From Eledone cirrhosa (Eukaryota), in the NCBI GenBank assembly GCA_964016885.1, contig OZ024743.1, forward strand, positions 172,670,001 to 172,734,000: a stretch of DNA of 64,000 nt. The letters run 5' to 3'. Positions within the stretch are counted from its first letter, which is position 1, and each line of letters opens with the position of its first letter. The notes below the pieces were generated by a model that made no database searches, had not been told where the DNA came from, and saw only the letters and a program-made list of their open reading frames with translations. Of this stretch, positions 50,376 through 64,000 are shown piece by piece. The translations under genes were made by a program, and so were the position numbers.

Positions 50376-51658
50376 TAAATAAATGAAATAATAATAGGAC
50401 TTGATAAGAGTTGTATATACAGGTATATATAAACCTGTAGAACAAATATATATTATTAGTACAGATCAAAAGTTTAAGCAAAGAATTTCTGCTTTCAGCT
50501 AAAGCAGGATCTTCTGAAACTGAGAAAAATCAATCTGTAGGTGCAGAAGTAAATATTTCAAAAACATTATGACCAAATATTGCCTTTAAGACATAACGGT
50601 AGTACATGAGGACGTTCTCTTGAGATGAGCAAAATGTATGCAAAGAGAATTACATAATTACATAATGATGTGGAGCAGGAATTCTTGCTATGGAAAAATC
50701 AGGAAACTAATATTCTTTTTTAGAATAGCCAGATAATTTCCAGCTACCATATATGGAAAATCTGTACACCTTCTAAAAATACCTAAGTAAACTATACTCA
50801 TTGATGGTTTTCATAGCATTGTTCTAACTGACAACTATAATATGCATACTATATATTATATAGTAAGACCCATTCTACCGAGTACCTAAGGAAACTACAA
50901 TCGCCACTCCTTTCTGCCATTTCCATCAGTAATGTAAACAAACAGCCAGTGGTGCCACCAACCACATGCAGCCCACTGTGACACTTTACTATATGACTAT
51001 AAAGATTCATATTACACACCCACTCTATAAGTCAACCCTTAGTTTTAGAGAGATTTTTTCAGGCATAAAACATTGACTTTAAACTCTGCAATTTATAGTA
51101 GATACAACTCTACTCTTATGTTTACTGAAACATGGATTGCACACATCTTGGAAACCTGAGATGAAAATATTTTTGAATATGAATTGATATGTCAAATGAT
51201 GTTCCTATTTCTAGTGCTCATTAGATTTTGGCTAGGAATATTTTTATGTACTAAAAACCCCAGCTAAAGTGTTGAATATTATTTTCACAATGAGAGAGAG
51301 AGAGATGCTACAACTGATTCCTCTTATATCTAGGTTTTTACCTTTCCAGAATTAATATTTGAAAACCCTCCGCTTCCTTTGATGCAACATCACACTTTTA
51401 TGCACAAACATTCTTTGAGGGAGGAACCATTAGTTGCCAACAAAGGTAATAGTTACTTGAACTTATTCTAACAACTATGCTTTTGAAATAGTCACCTACA
51501 TAACAAAAACTATCAAAGTATTTATAACAATATTTTTGGGCTCTGTACCTAACATAGAGCGCTCTTTTCCCTTTATCTATTCTACAGAAACTCTGGACAC
51601 TATATATATTTATAGTCTCCCGCACACTTCATATATATATATATATATAAATATGAAG

Positions 51659-51935
51659 TGTGCGGGAGAGAAGACTGCAAAGGTATGGACATGTGATGCG
51701 CATGGAGAATGACCGCTGGGTAAAGAAGTGTCAAAAAATCCCAGTAGAAGGAAGAGGCATTAGAGGAAGACCTCAAAAAACATGGGCGGAGGTGGTAAGA
51801 GCAGACCTCAGATCACTGATGCTCACAGAGGAGATGACGAAGGACCGTGACAAGTGGAGAGATGCTGTGCTGAATAGGACCTGTCCCACCCTTGCAAGCA
51901 AGGAAAAGCGGACGTAAAATGATGGTGATGATGAT
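51659..51935 (+). mobile_element. Short RTE 3' end fragment
   Basis: RERRLQRYGHVMRM...GRPQKTW...EKRT* with an (ATG)n tail, inserted after (TA)n. Confidence 0.9.
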
Positions 51936-53139
51936 ATATATATATAGAGAGAGAGAGAGAGACAGATGTACCATTCAGCTGACTAATTTGCAGGATTTAA
52001 AAAAAATTATTATTTTGTCAATCCTTCCAAGTGAATGAAAACTGTGTTATTGAATTTAGATTTTTTTTTCATACACATATTTTTTTCATACACATATTTT
52101 TTTTTCATATACATTTTTTTTTCGTACACACACCATAAAATTATAGTACATTTTGTTTGCATAAATGTTTGTCGATATGTGGAATGTGCCATTGAGAAGA
52201 AGCAAGTTGAATTCAGGATATGCCTTGGTTTCGATTCACAGTAGGCATAAGTTCACATTTCTTAGAATGCTAATAGTTCTGGAAAAGGAATGAATGTCAC
52301 AATATCTCCTTTTGTTCTTCCAAAACATAGTTTAGTTGTTTTGCCTTGTTCGAAGAGGAAACAGAGAGTACAAGTCATTGATAAGGTCACAGACTGTGAT
52401 GAAAGAGCTTTATTAATTAATTCATTAATTAAGTGGATAATAATAAAAACTGAAATGAAACTCAATCGGTGCATGTGTTTTAATTGGCAACATGACTCTC
52501 CCAAAGTACAATATCTATTCAACACACAATTTCACATCAAGCAAATCATTCAAAATATGCAACATCATGCAAAATAAATACGAAAATGAAAATTTGATGT
52601 CTATCTCCATTTGTCTTGCGCATTTGTTAGCAGACGATAACTTATAAAATCAGTGTTCTTGTTTTTTAACCCCATGTCGATCTAGACGTCTTTTTGAACC
52701 ATCTTAAACTAAATCCTACCATGTATCCTTCCTGTTTTGAAGACAGTACATTTGTTTTAAGAGAGATTTAGTTGCTCTTTCTAAACAAGTTAATCAACCT
52801 CATAGAGGTCCCCTTGTTTGTCCAAGTCAGCAGCAATCAAACAAATGTATGATTAAAAACGTTTCAGTTGTTACTGCTTTACATTTTAAAAAATGTGAGT
52901 TATTTCAGTGAGATATATTTCTAACAAGTCAAATGACCATGTAGAAGCTTTTGGGAAGGGAAGTGTGGGAGGGGGGACAAGGGGTAGAGAGAGTAGCTAC
53001 TAGAGTGGAATGGTGAGGATATCTAAGTTCTTTAGAGGGGGTAGTAGTTAAGGAGTGGTTCTGGAGGGAACAGTAGTGGTGAGGATAGATGGTGGGAGTG
53101 CTAGTGGGAGGAAGGGAGGAGGAGTGGCTTATGGATAGG

Positions 53140-54030
53140 TCAGGCCATATTGTGTGCTTCTTGCGTATTATATGCCAAGTTTTTCTCTCAGTTCACTTAT
53201 GCTACGTCGTTCATGCACAGTAACATTACACATCCATCAGAACATACTCACTTCCTTTCTCTCCAGCCTTCACAGGTCTTCAGCAGTTAAGGCCCATGTC
53301 TCACAGTCATGTAGCAATGCAGTTCACATGCAGGCATCATACTGTCTCCCCTTCGCACTGACCAAGAAGCCCTTTGTTGACAACAGAGGTATCAACCCTC
53401 TAAACTTCCAGCCTGTTCTGATCCTGGCTATCACACTTTCAGTGCATCCTCCCTCAGTGCTAATTTGATTGCCAAAGTAACAAAAGTTGTTGACAACTTC
53501 TAAGGAGCCTCCCCAGCAGCTGAAGGAATCTTACTTCTGTGCATCTGCCACATACAAAGACTATATTTTTTGTTAATCTGCTTGCAATCCCACAACATCT
53601 TTTGTGCCTCCATAGATTGCACTGTGTGCACCTTTTATATTTCTTTCTGACTACCCCTTTCTGACATTGAACAAGGCCATTTCCCTGATGATATCACCCT
53701 CCAAGCTTCTTCTTCCGTGTTTAAAATCTTGTCGCTAACTCTCCTATTGATTCAGCAGGACTAGGTCATCAGCATATAAGTGCCTTCATGGAGTGCCAGT
53801 TTTAAACTCCTCAGTGATGGCCTGAATAACAATGATAAACAGGAGTGAACTGAGGACTGATCCCTGATGGTCACCCACCTGCACTTCAAATTGATCACTG
53901 TTCTCGCTTCTAAACCTCACCTTGCTGGTTGCTCCTTTATACAAGCCTACACAACCTTTACAAGCCATTCATCTACACCTAGCTTCCTAAGTGTCCACCA
54001 GATTACAGAGTATGGGACCCTGTCAACGGC
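53140..54030 (-). mobile_element. Old decayed RTE fragment
   Basis: QVGDHQGSVLSSLLFIIVIQAITEEFKTG, YADD and VVNNFCYFG remnants. Confidence 0.8.
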
Positions 54031-54380
54031 ACCGGGTACACTCTGTGTGGGTAGTTGGCAACAGGAAGGGCACCTCACTGTAGAAACCACGCCTAAAAAG
54101 GTTGAGAGGACCCTTCAGCTGTGTCAAAGACATGATAAATGCACCCAGCACATACTGTAAAGTGGTTGATAGGAAGCATCCAGCCATAGAAAGCTTGCCA
54201 AACAAAGGTTGCGAGGATCCTTTAGTTATAGCAAGGGCATGAAACCTTCCCTAGTGCTGGTGTTCTACACATTGAAAGTACACAGTACATGATGTAAAGT
54301 GGTTGGTATCAGGAAGGGCATCCAGCTACAACTTCGATTTATACCTATTATTATTATTATTCTCCTAGTTTCATATAATT

Positions 54381-55233
54381 AACTAGCTGAATCATATGTA
54401 TATGTGTAGATGTGTGTGTTTTTAATAACATACCTATCAAATGCACAAACACACACTCACAGACACATACATATACAAAATGTGATGTCGTTGTGTTGTT
54501 TTAATGCAAATGAAAATAAAAATGATCACACATACACTCACACATACATACACTCTCACACACACATACACATAGACTTTCACATACATATACTAAGACA
54601 GAACAACATAGACTCTCACATACTAAGACAGAAACACACAGACATACATTCACCACACCTATTACTTGTCAGTCATCACTTATGTATCTGTATGTGTAGA
54701 TGTGTGTGTGTGTGATTAATTCTCTGAGGCCTAACGTTAAAATAAAAATTATCACATACACTCATACACACATACACTCTCACATACACCCACACACACA
54801 TACATATACTGAGACAGACACACACAGACATGCATTCACACACACCTATTACTTGTCAGTCAGCACATATGTATATGTATGTGTAGATGTGTGCGTGTGT
54901 GTTTAATTCTCTGAAGCTTAACAAACGTGATACGTAACAAACTCGCAAACACACACACACTCACAGACACAGACACACACACACTCACAGACACAGACAC
55001 ACTCATATACAAAATGTGACGTGGTGGTAGTGGTGGTGGTTTTCTATAGTTGACTATAGAAATATTATTTTAAATAAAATGTTATATTGTTTAATCTAAA
55101 TGAAAATAAAAATTACATGTTGACACTACCGGGGAGGGGTCTAATACTATTATCTTGAAACATTTTATTTGATTTGGTCCAGCTGTTTGAGAATGCATAG
55201 GAACAGACAGACAGAATTATATATAGAGAGAGA
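54381..55233 (-). mobile_element. Possible non-autonomous Helitron with (CA)n-rich internal repeats
   Basis: Minus strand starts TCTCTCTATATATAATTCTGTCTGTCTG and has a CTAG-T at 54381-54385. An internal duplication lies at ~54655-54740 and ~54845-54920. Confidence 0.4.
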
Positions 55234-55721
55234 TTAATAACATGTTAGTTATTTTTTGTTTATAAATGTTAGTCGATATCTCTTCTTTGAGGCTGTGAAA
55301 ATTTCTTTGTTCACACCCAGAATATGCCCGCGAAAGGTTGGCCAATTTGACTTTCCTCTTTTGAAAAAAGTTACGTGATTACACAGGCGAATTTACTACT
55401 ACGGTAAACTGCCTCACTGACTCCAGACTGGACTATGTTGGATCATATTGAACGAATATCTGCTGATGAAGGGATATTCCAATTCCATCGCTAGATGCAT
55501 CTATGACTTGCATGTGCATTGTGCAACTTGTTATGCTTCTATCCAGAGTCTCCAAAACTTATCAAAGATTTTTATCAATTTCTATTGATTCCTATCTATT
55601 TGAGATGGTCCAGGTTAGTCTCAGACCTGTTTGTATTTATCGTTGTCATGTATAAATATAGCCACATGCATTTGGTCGCTTTATTCATGGTGTCACACTT
55701 TCTTTACTTTATATATATATA

Positions 55722-56764
55722 TTAGCAGCAGGACCCAGTGTTGCACGGGTAGGAAACGTGAAATGGCAACATTCATTGCAAAGATTGAACTGTGTACTTG
55801 TTGAATTCCCTTATTCTCAGCGAATGATTGTTCATCTGGAAACGTAGAACACCAGCAGGCCCGAATTGTGAAACATCTGCATGCATGTGCAAAATCTGAA
55901 GAAAATCAGCTGGATACTCTTTAAGCGTACACAATTTTAGAGTATGATTTTTCTTCCATTTGGAGAAAATCGGTTAGGTACTTTTCAAATTTTATAGATT
56001 CGCACCCAGTCATCCGGACAGACATCATCAGTTATGTCTATTGCACCTGCATGCATACTGTACAGAGTAAAGCCTGCAATGCTTGAGTAAGACATGTCAT
56101 GCAACCACACAGCATGTTGGGCCTTCCTCACAGTAGAGCATAGCCTCTTCGTAAATCTACCCAATCTGTTATATCGGATGCTGAACGCTTTGGAGTTACT
56201 ATTGGGGTCACCATCAACAGGCCGCCGACAAAAATTTTAAGGGCCTCCTCATTTCCTCAATTCCCCGAAAATGGTCCTGCTTAAAAGTAAGTGTTGTGTC
56301 CTCTGTTAAATAAACCAAATTTTTAACGAAATATTATATGCTACATACGATGTTTAAGTAGCATTTATATTGAAAATGAAAATGGCATGTAATGCCCAAT
56401 GCTAATTTGTAAATTTCCTAGAAACCATTAATGGAATCGGAATTTTTTTTTTCTCCACAGCAATGTGAGGGGACTAACTAATGTGTGCTGCAACTTTCGA
56501 GGAAATCGGCTGGATTATCTTTAACTTACGCCTCAAAATAGCCTAAAAAATGCGGTATTTCGCCTAATGCAGGCCCTAGGGCAGAAAAAGCCCATTCTAC
56601 TTCAAGAAATATAAGTAGCGCATGTGTAAAGTTTGAAAAAAATCAGTCAGGTACTTCTCGAGTTTTAGGGATTTACACAGACAGACATCCTCTGTTTTAA
56701 AAATCGGTTGGGTACTTCTCGAGTTTTAGGGATTTACATCCTCTGTTTTATATATAGAGAGAGA
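55722..56764 (-). mobile_element. Probable non-autonomous Helitron
   Basis: Minus-strand 5' end TCTCTCTATATATAAAACAGAGGATG with a (CTGT)n-like tract. The 3' hairpin ACCCGTGCAACACTGGGT lies ~10 nt before CTAA-T. Confidence 0.6.
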
Positions 56765-56769
56765 TATGT

Positions 56770-57460
56770 ACACGCCTTTGTCAAGGCCAATGTTTCATCC
56801 TTAGGGCAGGCGTCCATTCCAAGTGTGCCGAAGGATGCCACAACCCCTGCTCTTGGGTGCTTCCAATCCTCCACACCTGAGGCCAGCGCCAAGCGTGGAC
56901 TCTTCCTGACTCCACCCGCTTTCCTGTCACCACAGTGCCGGCCGCCTTCCACCTCATGCTGCCCTCAACGAGGTCATTAAGCATGGCTTGGACGCTGCAG
57001 GCTTCCCCTCCCAGCTCGAGCCGGTGGCGCTGGACCGAGGGGATGGCAAAAGATCACACGGTATGACCATCTTCCCATTCCACGGTGGCAAACCCCTCGT
57101 CTGGGATGCCACTTGCAGCGACACTTCTCCAGCCGCAACCTGGTGCAGTCTGCGACTAACCCAGGTGCTGCTGCACGTTGGGCTGAGGAGGTCAAACTCT
57201 TCAAGTACCGGTCGCTCTCTGACAGGTTCACGGTCGTACCCTTGGCAGTGGAGACTTCTGGTGTCCTTGACCCTAGGGCTACCTCCCTATTCACCACCAT
57301 AGGTAGAGCTAGCCAGCCGCAGGTGTGAGCCTCACGAGTTGGAATGGCTCTTCCAGCGCATCTCCCTTACCATCCTCCGGGGAAACGCCTTCTCGTCCTG
57401 TCTGCCGGGACTGTGGGGAGGCCAGCACGTGGGACCCCATTTGCTCACCATACGGATTAA
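56770..57460 (+). mobile_element. CRE-clade-like non-LTR 3' fragment
   Basis: AGFPSQLEPVALDRGDGKRSHGMTIFPFHGGKPLVWDATCSDT, KYRSL, PLAVETSGVL and WLFQRISLTILRGNA. Confidence 0.8.
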
Positions 57461-58189
57461 TAAGCAAAGTTATAAACTATTGTAATAATTGTTAGGTTCT
57501 TCACAAACACACATACTATATATAAATCTATGACACTCCAAAATGGAAAATACTCTTTCTCTCCGTTTGTATACGTATATGTATGTGTTCTTATACATAG
57601 AGAGGCTGACAAATAAATTACCAAGACACCATTAATACTGATTATTTTTAATTTATTACCAAGAGAATGCAATTATTTAGTTTACTATGTCATGAGTTTT
57701 ATTCTATAACAAATGCGTAGTTGAACAACAGAATGTATGTGGGGAGAGAGCAAGACAGAGACAACTTGGTCATTTTCCAGGTCAGGTCAATCCTTAATGA
57801 TATTCCCAATGTAGTAAACAGTTCTCTCTTTCCCCTCACCTCTTTTTCTTTCCCTCACTCTCTCACCATCCTCCCTTTCTTTCTTTGTTTACATCTCTCT
57901 CAATGCTCTTTCTAATGGAATGATGATTGATTAGATTAGCCTAAGTTGATGTCAATGGAAAATAAAATATCTAAATATAACGAAATGTTGTTTTTTTTAA
58001 TCAGCGTAGATAGAAGCATTAATTTTTTCTAATACACACACACGTTTCCAAGTGTGTTCTTTTTTAACATTACAAATAAGTTGTTTATTCACAGTTGTGT
58101 AAAAAGAAATATAATTCAATGCTTACAGAATGGAAGCACAAATTACGTGTGTATGTCAAAACAATGTATAATGACACAAAAATATAAAA

Positions 58190-59035
58190 TCATGAACAAA
58201 AATGATAAAGGAAAGAAAGGGAAAAGAAAGAAAAAAGGGGGGAGGGGAATTCACCACCAAGCGTGTCAATCGGCAACACCTCACACCTTGAGGGTTAATT
58301 GTACACTTTCAGGCAGGCCAACGCGCTCGCAGCATTACTATGGGTAATGTCGAGGCTAAGGCACTGAAATAATCCGGCACCCTCACAGGCATACCCTGGC
58401 ACCTCAGTAAGGCGAGCTGCCAGTGAAGACAAGAACTTCGTTGTCAGCGGCCCAACTCCACCGAACATTGTGAACGACACAGGCTGGAAAAAATAATTGT
58501 TTGATATATGCTGGTATTTCCGAATTTTATTCCGTTCGGCAGCGGAAGCAGTGACTCCCGCATTCACCGCGGCGTCTATGATGTGGGAGGGGGCAAAAGA
58601 GTCACAGACTGTGACATCCCATATGAGACATCTAACTCTCACCCAGGGACAAAGTGTAAGACATCTGGTCTCTTCCCATCACTTCTGGATAAACCAGCCA
58701 GCTCCAGAACTATGGGGATATTTACCCAAGCCAGGGCCCATTTGATGATCAGGTTTAGCTCGGTGTGATGGGCAAAATGACCAGCATTCAGGTGGCAGGA
58801 CAAACCATGTAAACCAGTGAAGTTGAGGGATCTACCACAGTGGCATCTAAGACCCCAATAGACGTTGGGATATGAAGCTGGGTGGTTGAGGAGCCAGAGC
58901 TCGTATTTGGAGCTGTTGATGTGAAGGCCTCTACGGCCTTCACAGTTGCACGGACCTTGTCTGGAGGACCCACCAAGCAAGCATCATCCATATACCAGGC
59001 ATTCAGATCCAGGTCAGCTCCCAATAAACCTGTTA
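58190..59035 (-). mobile_element. CRE-clade-like non-LTR remnant (RT WYMDD, zinc knuckle, RLE), internally deleted
   Basis: LNAWYMDDACLVG, CHCG...HGLSC, DGKRPD, CLIWDVTVCDSFAPSH, KIRKY and FQCLSL. Confidence 0.82.
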
Positions 59036-59041
59036 TATAAA

Positions 59042-62000
59042 CTAGCAGAAGAACAGCCCTTCGGGTGGTTTTCTGCTGGCATATGTAGTGTGATATCATA
59101 CTCAAATATATATGCATATAGCTATGATACGAGAATTGAAAAGTAAATTGACAATATGCACATAAACTGAACAAAGACTGTGTTACACTTACTTCTGTTA
59201 ATCAGTAAAGTAATCCATGATACATTTAAAAAAGGTGATAACGAAGATGGAAAAGCGATGAAACTGTTGACAGAAAATGTTCATGAATCTTCACTTGAGA
59301 ATGTCGATGGGAAGCTTCAAGCAGTGAATTTGAAAATAGATGCTGCCGGTGGAAATGAATGAATTATATCTACCAATATGAAGAGTTGACCTTCGCTATA
59401 TTGTTGTTTTACTGTATTCACATATCGTCATCTTCTTAAGTTTTTGTAGTGTCCCTTTTGTAGTAATTAAAAAGAAACTGAAATGCATTTCAACTAAAAG
59501 AGAGTGATAGCTGTTTCATATCACTGTTTCAGCAAACAGACCCTTTCATTTAATATTTTAATATTTTCTTTGTTTGTAACTCTTGATAATGCAACATACA
59601 TCTGACCATGTGAGAAGAATTGTGTTGGTAGATATACACCTATCTTTTCAAATGCCTGCCCTTGTGCCTTGTTGCATGTAAGGGCAAAGGCTGGATTGAC
59701 AGGAAATTGCTTGCGAGTAAAGGTGAAAGAGAACTCAAGCTCTTGAGATTAGTGGTATCCTTGGGATTAGCAACCTTGTTCCAGTATTGGGACCCAATGC
59801 CACTTCAGCTTCAATTACATGATTATGTAAACTGATGATGATGTAGCATGTACCATTGCAATGTCCATTTAGAGGATCCAGATTTCTCAGAAGCATGATG
59901 CAACTGCCTTTCTTCAGTTTAAGAATGTGTGTTGGGAAGCCTAATGGGGTAGGTTTTGTTGATGAACTCAATTGGATATTGCAGTTCATTATCTACTGTA
60001 TCAGAGGGTGGTGGATTGGCAGTATCGGTAGAGGGTCGGATGCCATGCTTTGACGTATAGAGATACGGCCCTTGCCATTCTGAGTTCAAATCCCGCCGAG
60101 GTTAACTTTGCCTTTCATCCTTACGGGGTCGATAAAATAAAGTACCAGTAATACTCTGGGTATTTGCTGGCCTTGTGCCAAAAGTAGAAACAATTATCTA
60201 CTGTATCAGAGCTTCTGTAGATTATTTCATGACCAGGGAACTTGATGACCATGAACTCATTCACCAATCTTGCTGCATCATTTGTTGGAATGATAATGGC
60301 TCTATTTACAAGCCATAGTGGGTTTGTGTAGTTTCCTGGAAGATTTGTATACACAAAATCACACAGTCCAGACACATTACCATATTCCAGGCAAGTTCAT
60401 TTGGCAGAGGAATTGTGAATGCACCTAAAGTCAGTACAGTTGGAATGTTACCATTTCCAACATCAAGAAGGTAGTTTGCAAACTGTCTTTCATCAGAATC
60501 CTCTGCATTAAGTAACTGTTGATTGGTTGTCATCTCTATGGTTTCCATATAGTCCTAGAGATAAGATCTCTTGATGGTTGCCTCAACTATTTGTGGTCTA
60601 GCACCATGACGTACACCTGGAAGAATTTGCTTCTAGTCACCAGATAATAGTACTGTTAGACCACCAAATGGCTTTTTGCAATCTCGAACATCTTTGAAGC
60701 TCCTGTCAAGGCATTCGAAGATATGCTTATGTCCCATACTTATCTCATCAATGATTAGTAGGTCATTTTGCTGCATAAGTTTACCTGTGGCATCCCTCTT
60801 TGTGAAGGAGCAAGTTAATTCAGCAGTCACATTGAGAGGAATCTTGCACTTGGAATGAAGAGTTCTGTGAAGCAAAGTGGCTGCTATTCCAGATAGGGCA
60901 GTAGCAAGTGCAATCTTTTTTAGAGATCAGGGGTAATCCAAAATGATATTGATGACATAGGTCTTTCCTGTGCCTGCATTTGCATTCAAGCAGGAAATTC
61001 TACCTTCATTTTCATTTACAGAGGTGATTACTTTGTGAAATATAACCAGGTGTTCAGGATTCAATGTTGGTAGAAGTTCATTTATGTTTGCTTGCAATAG
61101 GCAGGTATTGAAATCAATTTCTGCCATAAGAACCCAGTCGATTTCTGGTATGGCAACAATAGTTGGGTCTGGCCGAGGAAGTCCATAGCTGACATGAATG
61201 TCCAAGCCATCATGTTGAAGTCTTTGTTGGATCTCCTGTAGAACAATCTGCACAGTTTGCTTGGACATGACTTGCTCATGACGTTCATGCTTGATATCCT
61301 CTGCAAAACAATTTTTCCATTTTTCCCAAAAGCCTCTGGATGAGGCCTCTTCCATATCTTTGTCTTTTTCTCCATCTTCATCCAACAGACCAAATTTCCT
61401 GCATGCTTCTTGGAATGTTGGAAATTCAACTCCTTCAATTGTCCTCAAATCCTTGTATGAAGTTAGCCTAGCCTTGTAATGTAGGATCATTCTGAGGTAA
61501 TATAATTCAGGAATGCGTCCAAGAGATTCACCCATGAATTGTTGATCACCATCCACATGTCCCTTTTTCTTCTTTGCCACTTTTTGTTTGTCCAAGTGAA
61601 ATATTTAGGAATATCAATATACAATATGTTTTATGCCAGTGGGTCTCTAATATTTAGTTGAAAATATTCTATCATGTTAGTCATTGGCTGTCCCTTAGAA
61701 ACAACAATTTCTTCCTACCCTCGCACATACACGACCATTTGTTCCCCAAGTAAATGGCAAGGCAACTTTTCAACTGGCAGTTTCCAATGATGTAACGGAA
61801 ATTTATAGATTCTCCAGAATGCTTCACCGGCTGAGATCTACCGTGCATTGATATAGGTCTCAATCTCATTTTGGGCATGGACACAATTTCCTTGATCATC
61901 CTTAATAGTTAAAAGTGATCTTGTCTGATCCTTTTGTAATGTACTTATATAAATACTTAACAGCCTTGACACTGTGGACAACCTCACAATTGATGTGGCA

Positions 62001-63445
62001 CTGATATCTCAATGAGAGGAAATGGTTGTATGGAACAATCCAACGATTATCAACAGTAAATTCTTGACCTTTAAATTGGATGGTGTGACCACCATGCTGT
62101 CTATCTCTCCTTATATACTCCGGAAAGGAATTTTCGGCAACAAATGTGGTTTGTCTGAATGCCTTAGGATAACCTTTTGAGCAATGGCGTTGTTGTCCTA
62201 GCCCTTCCATACATGAACGCATATTAGCTTGTCCACATGGGTCATAAATTAAATGTTGTAGGATGTGATGATCTTATGCAGAACTGGATTGGTCTCTTTA
62301 TCAGGAATTTCACAGTACACTACATGGTCAATGTCATCAGCAGTTTTGGGCTTGTTATCTTCTGCCATTTTCAGCTGAATATGAGCATGGTGAGGCTTCG
62401 TTTCTGCCACTCTATTGTAGCAGATGAGCCACAACTTTTCCTAGGACATTTCTTTTCAGTATGTCATCCATGATGCTGTCATACTTGATCTTGAAAACTC
62501 GGGCACAAATATCAAGATGGTCCCTAAGTTCTTCACTAAGGTGCAGACTATTTTTTATTTCAGCCCAGTTAGGGTTAGTTGTTACTGTGATGAAATAAGA
62601 TGGCTTTCCCATATGTCAAACCATAGTCATCGAATTCTGGAAGCACTCACTGTAGAAGCGAGGGGAACCATAGATTAAAGGAAGAAGAACCATTCTCCGG
62701 CCTGCATTTACTGAATCTCCTTCAGCCACAGCATCATACAAACCCTCATACTTTTCAGCTTGTATCATTGTTTGATTGTTGTGGGCCCATTTGAGGCAAC
62801 AATGTTTTATTTTTGCCTGGGCATCTATCGCATATTGCTGCATCAGCCGCCTGCTCTTCATGATAATGTTACAGTCACCTTGCCTAACCTGAAACCGATA
62901 ACAGTAGAAATCAGTGGGTCTGAGCGTGTGGTTGTTGTCAATCCTATTCAAACCAACCTGAAACCCATCATTCCCCCAAGGAAACAGTAGCACATAATGC
63001 AGAGGATCATAAGAATAATGCAACTGATGAATCCTCTGAAGACGACCATCTCTTTTATGAATGATGACATCCAAGAGACCTAACGCTGTATCAGGTTGAA
63101 TAACAGCAATCTCAGATGCCATGAGAAGATTATATGTGTGACAATGAAAATCAGTGGGGTTTACTTTGTCAGCATGTAGGACAATATTCACATTTTCAGA
63201 GACTAGCATTTCAATGACTGCCTTGAAGCTTCTTATATAGGTGTTGCAGTTGTGGAAGTCATCTTGCAGGTTTTGCAGGACAACAGCATCTAAATTAGCA
63301 TGATGCAAGCGATTCTGAAGCTCATGATCTGTATCATAGAAGTAAAGCTGCGCAAACTTGGGTGAAGCATCATTTGGAAGTAGTGATCCAATAAATGTGG
63401 GACTCTTTGCAACCAATTGAAGCTAAGGCAAGCACATTGTTATAT
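59042..63445 (-). mobile_element. Decayed autonomous Helitron (Rep/HUH plus PIF1 helicase); 5' end not located
   Basis: FAQLYFYD, YDPLHYVLLFP, GKPSYFITVTTNPNW, PHHAHI, YLYKYITKGSD, Walker A NAGTGKT, IIDEISM, FGGLTVLLSGD, MLLRNLD, NKAQGQ and YVALSR. A 3' hairpin and CTAG-T lie at 59041-59078. Confidence 0.95.
60005..60195 (+). mobile_element. SINE family B copy inserted in the Helitron helicase gene
   Basis: 19-bp TSD ATTATCTACTGTATCAGAG at 59988-60006 and 60193-60211. Confidence 0.92.
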
Positions 63446-64000
63446 GCAGCAATGGGAAATATAAACATTATGAAAGAACGATGGAAATATATGAACGTTT
63501 ATATATATAATGATATATAAGCGATGTGATAAAGTGATGTGATAAAATTATAGCATACATATTACCACTTAAGAATGTGTGAATGTATATTTTTGTAAGT
63601 GGTTATATTTATATAGTTATATTTATATAGTCATACATATAAATGTATGATCGCTGCTATTTCTTACATTAGACATAAACAGAGAGGAGTAGTATGAGGT
63701 AGTCATAACAACAGTGGTAGCAGTACAATGCGCAGCTGCCGAATGAAATCTTTTCTCAAGCCAAATCTCTGCATTTGCTCTATCTCTCTTTCATGTTTGC
63801 AGGCTCTGTACACATCATATCTCCACACAGATATCAAGAAGTGTAGAAACTTTGCATATTTTCACTCGTTATAATTCTGTAACACAAACACCTTGGAGTT
63901 CATTATATTGCTGATTCAAGTTATAATTATTCTTGTTAACACAAATTGAGGAATAAGTTTTTATTCAATAAATGCCTTCATTTTTCTCTTTTCACTTTTC

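Noticed and set aside
59567-63416. Host PIF1 helicase gene
   Set aside because: It is linked to a Rep/HUH domain, intronless, full of stops and frameshifts, and ends at a hairpin-CTAG terminus, so it is a Helitron.

Overview
This is AT-rich animal genomic DNA; its repeat content suggests a cephalopod such as Octopus (inference). The only host gene I can support is a minus-strand FAXDC2 orthologue, with three coding exons at 38588-38760, 22404-22507 and 16626-16747 and further exons presumably left of the window. Its introns and flanks are packed with mobile DNA: several RTE LINEs (one near-intact 955-aa ORF with a PHD finger inside the RT domain), a decayed Gypsy element carrying a nested non-autonomous LTR element, a deleted maT-type Tc1/mariner, decayed CRE-, R4/Dong- and Penelope-like fragments, a decayed Helitron and two SINE families. 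The first ~15.5 kb is mostly interrupted (TA)n holding short Penelope-type remnants with hammerhead motifs and fold-back inversions. The main find is a 2.4-kb tandem array (7003-9441) of ~453/471-bp non-coding, hairpin-rich units, each with a minimal type I hammerhead ribozyme on the minus strand. The units alternate strictly between an intact-core (A) and a C3U-mutant (B) type, so the true repeat is a ~924-nt dimer. This looks like a retrozyme copied by rolling-circle reverse transcription from a circular RNA. It lies on the same strand as FAXDC2, probably within an intron. All family calls are by eye from motifs; no searches were run.
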